NCBI RefSeq assembly: GCF_006345805.1
Contig: NC_042998.1
Span: 33,108,001 to 33,172,000 of the forward strand
Source of the DNA: Octopus sinensis
Taxonomy: Eukaryota
DNA length: 64,000 bases
Reading direction: 5' to 3'
A program made the position numbers and the translations under genes. The notes under the pieces were generated by a model. It was not told the origin of the DNA, did not search any database, and saw only the letters and a program-made list of their open reading frames with translations. This document shows, in pieces, positions 28,462-41,259 of this stretch. Position 1 is the stretch's first letter; each line of letters begins with the position of its first letter.

Positions 28462-28888
28462 TGTATGTATGTATGTATGTATACAGGCGGAATACCCAGT
28501 GTATGGAGATGTTGACCCATTACCTGGGATATTCCAGAAACAGCTGTAAGACATTAACTGCTTCTACTTCTTCATTTTTTATTCACTTTATTCCAATTAA
28601 ATATTCTAAATGGTCCGAGATACTCGTTCTACCTTGGTTTTGTTGTCCAGATTCCTTTAATACATACCTGCTAATTCGGAACCCTATTATGGATCCCTGG
28701 CTCCAGCCCCAACTATGAACTTGAAACCTAACGGATGACCAATTACAGCACTTACTCTGTGTACCTGTTTGTTTAGTCCATTAGTAACCTAAACCCCTCA
28801 TATTCTATATATATCACGTAACTTAGTATCCTGAAACTAGTTGGTCTATGGTCATTCATTTTCTTTTTTGCACATAGAGGTGTACAGG

Positions 28889-29240
28889 CGCATACATGGC
28901 TGTGTGGTAAGGAGCTTTTTTACCAACCAAATGGTTCCGGGTTCAGTCCCACTGCGTGGCACCTTGGGCAAGTGTCTTGTACCTTAGCTTCGGGCCGACC
29001 AAAGCCTTGTAAGTGGATTTGGTAGACGGAAACTGAAAGAAGCCCGTCGTATATATATATGTGTGTGTGTGTGTTTGTTCCCTCACCGTCGCTTGAGAAC
29101 CAATGTTGGTGTGCTTATGTCCCTGTAACCCAGCGGTTCGACAAAAGAGACTTACAAAGAATAAGTCCTGAGGTCGGTTTGATCGACTAAAAGCGTTGCT
29201 TCAGCATGGCCACAGTCAAATGACTGAAGGAAGTAAAAGA
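28889..29240 (+). mobile_element. SINE-B
   Basis: ggcaccttgggcaagtgtctt; tail ggccacagtcaaatgactgaag. Confidence 0.85.
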
Positions 29241-29431
29241 ATATATATACATGTATATACATACATATTCATATATATATATATGTATGCTTATGCGTGT
29301 GCGCGCGCGCGTATGTGTGTGTGTGTATGTGTGTGCTTGTGTGTGTGTGTACTTGATCATAATTCTTATTTCCACCTTATAATTTGTATATGTCTGCACC
29401 TCGTGTGTGATTCGAACGTAGTATAAATAGA

Positions 29432-29467
29432 TAGGTAGATAGATAGATAGATAGATAGCTAGCTAGC

Positions 29468-29556
<89 letters not shown>

Positions 29557-29582
29557 TGATAGATAGATGGATGGATGGATGG
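29432..29582. repeat. (GATA)n/(GGAT)n tract
   Basis: Direct inspection. Confidence 0.95.
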
Positions 29583-29856
29583 ATAGAAAGGCAGACAGAC
29601 ATATTTAGGTCACCTATTATCTACTCGACACACATTCGTTTGCCACCCCTATTATAACTCCACATCTTACTAAATAACCCTCATGAGCATCCTTTCCCTT
29701 AAGTTACAAACAAATAATTCTGCTCACAACCTACTTAAAAATCTACAAAAAGTTCTTGGGAAGCAGAACTTGGGAATACATCTGTGCTTTGCTAGTAAAG
29801 TGGATATATGATTATGTATGTACACATATGTCTAGCTACCCTTCTGTGTGTGTGTA

Positions 29857-29938
<82 letters not shown>

Positions 29939-30214
29939 AGCAAAATAGTAAATGACTGATTATTTTGTGTGTATTTCTCTTTAAGAAAATATAATAAACA
30001 TCTCGATGCTCTGCGGTTTCCTAGTTTTTCTTTTCTTTTATTATTTATTTATTTATTTGTTTTTCTATAAATGGAGAAAGGTAGCGAAATGGAGTGGCAG
30101 TGCGCAGCATAAAATACCTAATACTCGTTCTTTCGCCCTGAATTTAAATTCCACCAAAACCATCTGTGCTTTTCATTCTTTGTTAGTCAAAAGATAACGT
30201 ACCAGTCCAAAGAT

Positions 30215-30443
30215 TCTTCTTCTTCTTCTTCTTCTTCTTCTTCTTCTCTTCTTCTTCTTCTTCTTCTTCTTCTTCTTCTTCTTCTTCTTCTTCTCTTCTC
30301 CTCCCCTTCTCCTCCTCCTTCTTCCAATCAAGACTCACGCTATTTTAGCCACAAAGAATAATCTCTAATTTGAGCCTTCTTCTTCTTCTTCTCTTCTTCT
30401 TCTTCTTCTCTTCTTCTTCTTCTTCTTCTTCTTCTTCTTCTTC

Positions 30444-30474
<31 letters not shown>

Positions 30475-30495
30475 GTCTTTCTCTCTCTTTCTCTC

Positions 30496-30545
<50 letters not shown>
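30215..30545. repeat. (TTC)n and (CT)n tracts with an embedded repeat end at ~30325-30367
   Basis: ccaatcaagactcacgctattttagccacaaa also follows (TTC)n at ~22066-22110. Confidence 0.85.
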
Positions 30546-30547
<2 letters not shown>

Positions 30548-30734
30548 GCTCATTTGTTCACTCGCTCCCGTGTGTGTGCCTGCACGTACTTTCTTTCTCT
30601 TCTGCGTTGTACCAATATTCCAAAGGTGAAGCCGTCCGTGTTGCATAGTTTCACGTGGAGTCAGCCCAAGAATTACGCTAAGAATTACAAGTGTCTACAG
30701 GATACTCTGCGATTTTCAGTTATCAGAATCCTCA

Positions 30735-30960
30735 TTCGATAGAGCAGTGAGTGTTCATCGTCGAAACCGACGGAGAATCCTCCATTGCCATAGACCATGA
30801 GATTGCAATCGGGGTAATTTGGAGGTCAGACACTGGGGCTGGTTAGGTCGTCGAAGTTTTCAGAGCACCACTTCTGACTCTTTCCGGGGGTAAGTTAAGG
30901 AGCCATAGATCCTTTGGAGACAACATTCACTCGTCATTCTAGAAACATCAGCAAAATATG
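30735..30960 (-). mobile_element. maT-type transposase fragment
   Basis: Minus strand KSQKWCSENFDDLTSPSV*PPNYPDCNLMVY matches the WPPNSPDCNP motif region. Confidence 0.7.
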
Positions 30961-31328
30961 TCGGAATCACCCGCGATTGTCTTAAATAAACAAATGCACA
31001 TTGAACATTGATGGTCACAGAAAGTACACCTTTTACATACATACACAAACGCCACACACTACACGCACACACACACATGTAGACCATAAAGAGTCAGGGG
31101 CTATGAGAGGTGAATATATTTATTTTACCATTTGATATCCGTAGGATTACGGCCGTTTCGCAGCTTTGGTTAAATAAATATATTCACCTCTCCAAACCTC
31201 CTCACGCCTTAGACTTGATCTGTTATCAAGGGATTGCTTCTTTGTCCCTTTTCCTTTTCTCTTAAGCCACACTCTTTCAAGCCTCATCTATACTTACTCG
31301 CTTACTTTCTTCCCCTCTCTCTCTTTCT

Positions 31329-31376
<48 letters not shown>

Positions 31377-31476
31377 ACACACATACGCACATAAACAATC
31401 TTATTCATTCTCCTAAGATGCAAATACATTTCCAATGCTTAGTCCGGCGATCTTTTGTGTTTCCCTTTACCTTATT

Positions 31477-32239
31477 CTTTTCTACTTTTGGCACAAAGCC
31501 CGAAATTTTGGTGGATGGGGCCAGTCAATTAGATCGACCCTAGTACGCAACTGGTACTTAATTTATCGATCCCGAAAGGATGAAAGGCAAAGTCGACCTC
31601 GGCGGAATTTGAACTCAGAATGTAAAGACAGACGAAATACCTATTTCTTTACTACCCACAAGGGGCTAACACAGAGAGGACAAACAAGGACGACAAAACG
31701 GAATAAGTTGATTATATCGACTCCAGTGCGTAACTGGTACTTATTTAATCGACCCCGAAAGGTTGAAAGGCAAAGTCGACCTCGGCGGAATTTAAACTCA
31801 GAATGTAAAGACAGACGAAAACCTATTCTTTACTACCACAAGGGGCTAAACACAGAGAGGACAAACAAGGACAGGACAAACGGATTAAGTTGATTATATC
31901 GACTCCAGTGCGTAACTGGTACTTATTTAATCGACCCCGAAAGGTTGAAAGGCAAAGTCGACCTCGGCGGAATTTAAACTCAGAATGTAAAGACAGACGA
32001 AATACCTATTTTTTTACTACCCACAAGGGGCTAAACACAGAGAGGACAAACAAGGACAGACAAACGGATTACAGCGATTATATCGACCCCAGTGCGTAAC
32101 TGGTACTTATTTAATCGACCCCGAAAGGATGAAAATCAAAGTCGACCTTGGTGAAATTTGAACTCAGAACGTAAAGGCAGACGAAATACCGCTAAGCATT
32201 TCGCCTGGCGTGCTAACGTTTCTGCCAGCTCGCTGCCTT
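31477..32239 (-). mobile_element. SINE-A tetramer: head-(body-tail1)x3-body-tail2
   Basis: 13-bp TSD cctttaccttatt at 31464-31476 and 32242-32254. Confidence 0.9.
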
Positions 32240-32328
32240 GTCCTTTACCTTATTGCTTCTACTCATTCCTGACACTTAAACGCGGGATAAATCTTCCCTA
32301 GATGTTTCAATCTTAAGGAATACTTTCT

Positions 32329-32473
32329 ACATTATTTATATTTGACAGATATTTTTCCTCATCTTGTTAATTCTTGACACAACGCTTCGGTTGATATACT
32401 CTCCACCCTTCTTCAGGTGTCTTGGGGAAATTTCAAACCTGGGTTCTCATTCCTAAGGTATTTTTCGATGTTG

Positions 32474-32510
<37 letters not shown>

Positions 32511-32803
32511 CATTATTAATATTATTATTATCATTATTATTATCCACTACGCCATATGCCCACGGGCATATGGCGTAGTGGTTCAAAGCGCGGGTTACTA
32601 ACCCCAAGATTCTGAGTTCGATTCCAAGTAGTGATCTGAATAATAATAATAATAACATCGAAGAATACCTTAGCTATGAGAACCCAGGTTCGAAATTTTT
32701 CCAAGACACCTGATGAAGGCTGGAGGATATATCAGCCGAAACGTTGTGTTAACAACAAACAAGGTGAGGACAAATATCCGTCAAATGTAAATGATGTAAA
32801 TAA
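32329..32803. mobile_element. Palindromic tRNA-head/hammerhead element, copy 3 (most complete)
   Basis: 18-bp perfect palindrome with AC spacer at 32544-32581; hammerhead motifs at 32376-32421 (minus) and 32706-32749 (plus). Confidence 0.9.
32706..32749 (+). ncRNA. Minimal type I hammerhead ribozyme motif (PLE-type)
   Basis: ACAC-CTGATGA-A-GGCTG(10-nt loop)CAGCC-GAAA-CG-T-T-GTGT: stems I and II pair, stem III is the palindrome AACGTT, predicted GUU site. Activity not shown. Confidence 0.75.
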
Positions 32804-33214
32804 TTCCTCATCTCTTAAATATTGAACTATGATATATTTTCTGTTGGCTTGCAGTGAGACTTCGTCTTACCTCGGTGCTTCGTGTTCTATGTCTCTTGCC
32901 TTTGAAATTCCAGGTAAGTGCCTACTCTATAATTTTTTATTTACTTTTGCAGAATGCATAGGCAACTAATAACCGATGCGGCTTTTTATCAATTAAGCAA
33001 TGGTTATTCGTGACATAAGCAGTATTAATTAATTTTTATATCCAACTTAATGAGAATGTTTCGTTAGAATGCCGAAAAGTGTATTATTTACCATGCGAGA
33101 ACCTCTCATACGACGCATGATTCATAAAAGCACACATATTTATATTGTTGGCAGACGAGAATCGTATGATACAGGCTTTTTTATTTGTTAATCATAATTT
33201 AGATATGTACATTT

Positions 33215-33692
33215 ATTTACTCTTTACTCTTTTATTTGTTTCAGTCATTTGACTGCGGCCATGCTGGAGCACCGCCTTTAATCGAGCAACTCGACCCCGG
33301 GACTTATTCTTTTGTAAGCCCAGTACTTATTCTATCGGTCTCTTTTGCGCGAACCGCTAAGTAATGGGGACATAAACACACCAGCATCGGTTGTCAAGCA
33401 ATGCTAGGGGGACAAACACAGACCACAAACCACACACACGCATATATATAATATATATGTATATATCTTATAATATATTATAATATATATATATATATAT
33501 TATATAATATATATATATATATATATATACATTATATATACGACGGGCTTCTTTCAGTTTTCGTCTACCAAATCCACTCACAAGGCTTTGGTCGGCCCGA
33601 GGCTATAGGAGGAGACACTTGCCCAAGGTGCCACGCAGTGGGACTGAACCCGGAACCATGTGGTTGGTAAACAAGCTACTTACCACACGGCC
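33215..33692 (-). mobile_element. SINE-B
   Basis: Full family match with internal TA tract. Confidence 0.88.
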
Positions 33693-34066
33693 ATTATTAT
33701 TATTTTATAATTATTATATCTGAACGTAAATTTTAAAAATATTAGTCATTTTGTGATCTAGATCGTAAAAATGATTTAATTTAACTAAATTTCTTATTAT
33801 ATTTCTAGTACTATTACATTTAACAATAATAGTAGTAATAAGTATTTTATAAAGATAAGTTATACGTTTTTACTTTGGAATTTTTCAATTCTTATTTTTT
33901 ATTTCATAAATATTTTCGAAAGATATTTATAATATTTATGTAAGTAATAATGAATAATTCATTTATTGTTTATATGTTTATTGATAAAAAAAAAATATGT
34001 ATTTTTAATTACTATATTTGTTGATTATAATTTAGATACTTATTTTTATATATTTATTATTTTATA

Positions 34067-34332
34067 ATTCTGTTGTGTCTGGGGAGAGTCATTCTCTTTT
34101 AGTGCCTTATTATTTAACACTCACCGGTAAAATTTCTACTTATTTCTTATTTTTATTTTCTAAAATTTTCGTTGCGTCTTGCAACCTTTCAATAGTCGAC
34201 TATTGAAAAGGTTGCAAGACGCAACGAAAATTTTAGAAAATAAAAATAAGAAAATAAGTGGAAATTTTACCGGTGAGTGTGTTAAATAATAAGGCACTAA
34301 AAGAGAATGACTCTCCCCAGACACAACAGAAT
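34067..34332. repeat. Near-perfect ~266-bp palindrome (PLE-like fold-back) centred on gtcgac
   Basis: Arms 34067-34197 and 34198-34332, no spacer, a few indels and substitutions. Confidence 0.9.
34200..34236 (+). ncRNA. Candidate minimal hammerhead, U3-A8 variant
   Basis: CTA-TTGAAAA-G-GTTGC(aagac)GCAAC-GAAA-AT-T-T-TAG; palindromic stem III AAAATTTT. Confidence 0.45.
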
Positions 34333-36063
34333 ATGCTTCAACACACGAACTCATATAAAGAACCTTGCAAACCAAATCCAAAAACGAAATATTTTATAAT
34401 TATTATATGTGAACTAACATCTAAAAATATTAAGAGTGATTATTTTGTAAAATAGTTTGGTAATTTAAATATTAGAGTATAACTAGGTTAAAGATCTATT
34501 ATTGGAGATGTATAAAGACATTTCCTGACCGTTGTAAACTGTCTCTACTTAATTATTTTATCCATTCGAATTTTGTGGTTTCTTTGATTGTATTTATGTG
34601 TATTTGAATTATCAACGCTCACGCTACTAAACATGCGTATATTGCATCAGTATTTTGCAATTTGGCGGCCCTTTTACATAGAATTTCGTCTGTCTTTTTG
34701 AAACAAGGCCCTGAAAAGACTTGTATTCATAGATAGGAATTTTTTTACAAATCAACTAATGTATATAAGTCGAAACAAATTGTTGGTTTTATATGTTTTT
34801 TTTTAAATTTGTTATTTTATCTTATATTAAATTTTTATAGTATATATATATTATAATGTAAATAAATTGTTAGTTTGTCAATTGTATTTCACTGTTTCAT
34901 TTGCTATATATATATATATATTATATCTATATATATCTATATATATATATATATATAATATATTTAAAAAAGGAGATGTGGAACACGAGTTGAATATATA
35001 AAAGCAAAGAATGAAGAAGAAAATGTTGACAAAATAATTTAAGTAAAGGAGAGTGTATTTAATTTGGTCAAAGTTCTTTTTACCGGTTTGCATTTGTTAT
35101 GCTTATCAAAAGATATTTTTAAGAGAGATAGAGTTTCCTTTCTGATAGATTTTTTTCTCTTATCTGACTTTATGTTGGGTTTGATGTCTTTATATGTGAA
35201 AAAGAGGCTCCAGAGTTGTTTAAGATTTGCTTGGTTTCGCGCCTAAAATTTCTTGTGGACAATGGTCAATACAATTTTGATTGGTCATATAAAGGGGTCA
35301 CGTGAATGTTTGATTGGAAGTTGGTGTTGGGGTAAGAAAATAGGCTCCAGAGATGTTAAAACTTGGCTAGTGTCGCGCCTAAAATTTCTTATTGGTCATA
35401 ATAAAGAGGTCACGTGGATGTGGTCATAATAGAGAGGTCACGTGAATGTTTAGAATGAATTTTGCTGTGGGTGGTGTATGGAGTTTTCGAAAATAGCATT
35501 GTTGAAAATTCTTATTGTTCAGGCTGGTCAGTAGACGTCATGTGGATATTTTAAATAGCTTTTTAGCGCATAGTTAAGGAGTGTATTTTCCGCTTGACTG
35601 AATTTGAGCTGGATAAGTAAGTTTGTTTAGGACAGGAAGAGCTATATGTATGTATGTGTGCGCGTGTGTGTGTGTGTGTGTGTGTGTGTATGTTTATATG
35701 TATGTTGGGGCGCGCGCGCGTGTATGTATGTGTGCGTGTGTGGGTACAATTTTCAATATTTATAGCTCTGATGACCTTGTTCCTGTATCGGGAAGCAACG
35801 TGTTTGTGTGAAGTCAATATTTACAGTCATTTGCAAAAAATAGTGTTGGATGTTTTGCACCCGTATCAAATTATGTGTATGTGTGGAACCATATATTTGC
35901 GTGTGTCATGGTGTTATGCGTATATATGCGTGTGTGTGTGTGCGTGTGTGTGTGTGTGTGCGTGTGTGTATCTGTGTGTGTGTGTGTGTATAATAATATA
36001 TTTATATTATTTATTATATTTACTTATATATTTATCATTCATTTTATACTTTTTGAGATCTAG

Positions 36064-36135
<72 letters not shown>

Positions 36136-36249
36136 ATATATATATATATATATATTATTTGTTATTTATGTATTGGTTTATGTCTATCACTGTTTGAGTG
36201 GCATAATAGTGGTTTTTATCTCTAATTCATATTTTATATATATATACTC

Positions 36250-36645
36250 TTACTCTCTCTTTTACATGTTTCAGTCATTTGACTGCGGCCATGCTGGAGC
36301 ACCGCCTTTAATCGAGCAATTCGACCCCGGGACTTATTCTTTTGTAAGCCCAGTACTTATTCTATCGGTCTCTTTTGCCGAACCGCTAAGTAACGGGGAC
36401 ATAAACACACCAAGAAATGCTAGGGGGACAAACACAGACACACAAACACACACACACATGCATATATATATACATATATACGACGGGCTTCTTTTCAGTT
36501 TCCGTCTACCAAATCCACTCACAAGGCTTTGGTCGGCCCGAGGCTATAGTAGAAGACACTTGCCCAAGGTGCCACGCAGTGGGACTGAACCTGGAACCAT
36601 GAAGTTGGTAAACAAGCTACTTACCACTCAGCCACTCCTACGCTT
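36250..36645 (-). mobile_element. SINE-B
   Basis: Full family match. Confidence 0.88.
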
Positions 36646-37413
36646 ATGTATGTATGTATGTATGTATGTATGTATGTATGTATTTATGTATGTATGTATG
36701 TATTATCTCTTCTGTTTTTAATCATTTAAATTTTTCCTCAGAAGAAGGACCCGGTTTCTAACAAACATACAAAGCTCCATCTTTAGAATGTAGATAGCGA
36801 AGACAATTTCACATTTTAAACCTGAGAAAAGTCTTGTATATTTTAACTGCTCCGCTTACAGTTGGCTGATTTTTTTTTTCTGAAAATCCAAGTTTATCCA
36901 GAATTCTGCGGGTTTTAATGTCTAAATATGTATGTATTTGTGTGCATGTGCGTATGTGTGTATGTATGTATGTATGTATGTATGTATGTATGTATGTATG
37001 TATGTATGTATGTATGTATGTATCTAGTTATGTATATATATATATCACCACCATCCGACGACTTTTAAATGAATTGCTTATCTTAAATGATCTGTAGCTG
37101 TTTTATATATCCTCAAAGTCAACTTTGGAGTATATATATGTTGAAGTTAAGAAATATGGGTTCTGCTGTATAGTATTTCAAGAGGTTAGTAGAGCGGAAT
37201 ACGACTGGATTAGTTAAGGTTTCAAGACAAATAAAATGTCGTCAGCTTTTGTGTGCTAAAACAGTGTTTTTGTATTACTGACGCTGTGAAAGTGTCATTA
37301 AATTGATGAGATGTTTACAATTCCCACCAAACTCCAATTCTTCTGTTCCAATGTACCAAAGCATTAAATTGAAAACCGAAACGCTATGCGATATCCTTTT
37401 GACAGCTACCTTT

Positions 37414-38178
37414 CTTTTCTACTCTAGGCACAAGGCCAGAAATTTAGGAGTAGGGGGTCAGTCGATTATATCGACTCCAGTGGGCAACTGGTATTTAATT
37501 TATCGACCCCGAAAAGATGAAAGACAAAGTCGACTTCGGTGGAATTTGAACTCAGAACGTAGCGGCAGACGAAATACCTATTTCTTTACTACCCACAAGG
37601 GGCTAAACACAGAGAGGACAAACAAGGACAGATAAAGAGATTAAGTCGATTACATCGACCCCAGTGCATAACTGGTACTTAATTTATCGACCCCGAAAGA
37701 ATGAAAGGCAAAGTCAACCTCGGCGGAATTTGAACTCAGAGCGTAACAGCAGACGAAATACCTATTTCTTTACTACCCACAAGGGGCTAAACACAGAGAG
37801 GACAAACAAGGATAGACAAAGAGATTAAGTCGATTACATCGACCCCAGTGCGTAAATGGTACTTAATTTATCGACCCCGAAAAGATGAAAGGCAAAGTCG
37901 ACCTCGGCGGAATTTGAACTCTGAACGTAACTGCAGACGAAATACCTATTTCTTTATTACCCACAAGGGGCTAAACACAGAGGGGACAAACAAGGACAGA
38001 CATAGGTATTAAGTCGATTACATCGACCCCAGTGCGTAACTGGTACTTAATTTATCGACCCCGAAAGGATGAAAGGCAAAGTCGACCTCGGCGGAATTTG
38101 AACTCACAACGTAGCGACAGACGAAATACCGCTAAGCATTTCGCCCGGCGTGCTAACGATTCTGCCAGCTCGCCGCCT
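37414..38178 (-). mobile_element. SINE-A tetramer: head-(body-tail1)x3-body-tail2
   Basis: 17-bp TSD ttttgacagctaccttt at 37397-37413 and 38179-38195. Confidence 0.92.
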
Positions 38179-38669
38179 TTTTGACAGCTACCTTTGTAAT
38201 GATACTCACAGTGAACAGTGTCCATTTAGTCTGCCTATTAAATACGATAGTCGTGTCTATTTGAAGTGTTGTTCACATGGACGTTCTCCTCTTTACTTAA
38301 GTTTTTATATTTCTGTTTCGACAAAGTGCCTAGCCCCAAAACTATTCCACAGGTTTTTCTTTAATGTTTATAAATTTTATTCCATTAGAATAAACTGGAT
38401 GTTATTTTATCCCGTGTGTATCTCTCACTTCAAAGTTTTCACTACTATTCAAACAAGTTCTGTGTTTCTACATACATTTACATACATGCACGCACATATA
38501 TATCAGATGCGCCGATTCTTTTCGAACATACTTTGACGAGGCAGAATATAGAAACCAACGGAGTATAATGATATGCTGTATGCGTCAAATTTCAATTTCC
38601 TCTTTCCTCTTTCAGTTGTATTGATAGTATCAACATCTCAGATATCAATTTAACTTTAAAAAGGTCAGA

Positions 38670-39651
38670 GCATGTGATGCTGGTGGCTATAACAGTCAAA
38701 CAGAGCAATGCAAAGATCGACAGCTCTTTGAACGTGACCGAGTCCTTGATTTTAGTTCCAGGAAAGCGTTGCAGGTCCCTGGCAGGGACATGTCATTCAT
38801 AGCCAAGACAAAGAGACATTTTCGCCAGCCAGATGTTATCAGGACTGCCTAGTTCTTGCAGTGAATCGAATCATCAAAACATCAACAACGACGATTCCTG
38901 CAAGTGAATAGGAGGCCTCGTCGAGTTATTCCTGATGGCAGAGACCATTATCTGACGTATTGTGCATGGAGACGCTAGGAACATATTCTTTCTGATGTGA
39001 AGGGTAACGTCTGTGTTTGGCAAAGCCCGAGAGAACCATTTGATCAAATGAAAACACTTTCAGTACTCATTCATGCATTCCATATAACCCGTCACTCTGT
39101 TTCTCCTTCAATGAGACTTTAGATCAGGATCGGAAAATGAACTGTAGAAACGATTGATGGTTCTTTGCGGACACAACGGTGGTACCGCCGGATATTCACA
39201 CCGATTTTCATAGTCAAGGTGGTCGCGTGTAATAAGGCCTATATCGAGCATCTCACTATCTTAGCTGGCCCTCAGAGTCAATGCCTCTCCATCTAGGCAG
39301 TGAGTATGGTAGTCAAGTATTGGATAGAGTGTTGACCCAAGGAAGGCCATACTTATGTAGAAGGTCTCTGCTCTTTGACATATAGTCCACACAACTCATT
39401 AGTGGCTGGCTAAAATTTTCAAGATGTGATCCTGTAGCACGTGACTCCAACCTCTTTTCTTTTAAACCCATGGAGTAATACATCTGGTGAGTCGTAGAGA
39501 GGTTGTCCAGCCGATAGATTCACAATAGGGAAGGTATTTTGAAGTTGACCATCGTGGCTGTGATGGATAGCATGAACGAAAATCAGTCATAGAGTCGCTT
39601 CTGTCGCGACATTAAGATCGCCATTGCGGTTAAAGACAGCTTTGTGAAATA
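38670..39651 (+). pseudogene. Heavily decayed maT-type transposase spanning most of the ORF
   Basis: Fragments such as VVKYWIE..QGRPY, WLAKIF, LNPMEYYIW*VVER and a terminal IAVKDSFVK*; many stops and frameshifts. Confidence 0.6.
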
Positions 39652-39792
39652 ATCACGCAGAAGTGTTCTGGCCTTTGTAATAAAACTGTATTGATTTGTC
39701 TATGTTTCCCAATAGAATTTGGTGAGTTACCATTATGTTTCATTTTTTCTGAATTTTTCAAAATGTAAAGGTAATTTATAGACAGTCTATAT

Positions 39793-39824
<32 letters not shown>

Positions 39825-39932
39825 ATATATATTATATATATATATATACACATATACTCACATACACATATTGATATGTAAATGCATATATATATATATG
39901 TGTGTGTATAACATATATATCTGTAATATATA

Positions 39933-40006
<74 letters not shown>

Positions 40007-40007
40007 T

Positions 40008-40375
40008 TTATCTTTTACTTGTTTCAGTCATTTGACTGCGGCCAAGCTGGGGTACCAATTTGAAATTTCAGTCCAGTGTATCGACCTCAGCACTTATTTT
40101 CTTAAAGTCTGGTGTGTTATCAGTCTCTTTTGCCTAACCACTAAGTTATGGGGACGTAAACACAACAGTACCGGTTGTCAAGCGGTGGTGGGTGACAAGC
40201 ACACACTCACACACACACACACATACACACACACAGATATATATATATATGACGGGCTTCTTTCAGTTTCTGTCTACCAAATCCATTCATTAGGCTTTAG
40301 TCGGCCCGAGGCTATAGTAGAAGATATTTGCCCAAGGTGCTACACAGTAGAATTGAACCATTAACTATGCGCCTA
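40008..40375 (-). mobile_element. SINE-B, diverged
   Basis: tttacttgtttcagtcatttgactgcggcc tail through ttgcccaaggtg head region. Confidence 0.75.
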
Positions 40376-41218
40376 CGCGCACACACATACACGTATGTGT
40401 CAGTGTTCTATGTATGTATGTATGTATGTATGTATGTATGTATGTATGTATGTATGTATGTATGTATGTACGTACGTATGCATGTATATGTGTGTTAGCG
40501 TGCGTATATAGTGAGGGAGAGGAGGAGATCATTTGCAGCGCAAAGGAGTTGTTTTAGCGATTTAAGAAAATAGAATCACATGTGACCCCTTTTCGTGTAT
40601 TTCTTGAGAATATTGTCGAACATGAAATTGCATTTCTGAAAACTAGTCACCAATACAATTCTACTGCAAGTAACAAATACAAAATTTCTATTAAAAATAA
40701 GCAAAAGCATCGCATGTTCTGTCTCCTTAAGTTACTAAAATGGGACTTTCACAATGTAATTGTTCCATTGCCGAGACAAAATCTCAGCTCAAGTCATTTG
40801 CCAGACAATGTGTAACTCCTGCAAAAGTGGGCACGTGAATATATATATATATATATATATATGTCTGTATTTGTAGGTTTGAGTTTGTGCGTGTATTCAC
40901 GTATGCACATATATGTGTGTGTGTGTGTGTATGTGCGCGCGTGAAAGACAAGAATTAATATTAAACTAGCTGCAACTAACCACCTAGAACCCACTAGAGT
41001 ACTAAAGAGAGATAGAGTCAGACAGAAAAAAAAAGGAAAATGTCCCTTGCATTTGAAAACTAAAGAAATATTTTTTTTAAATATCTCATTTAATTTTTCC
41101 CCAATTTAATTGCTTTTAATGCTTTACTCCGAGTTGAAAAGTCGCAAACATTGAAATCGGCACTAAAATGTTCTTCATGATAAAATTATTTTAACATTTT
41201 CTACCTTGTCTTATTTTC

Positions 41219-41258
<40 letters not shown>

Positions 41259-41259
41259 A

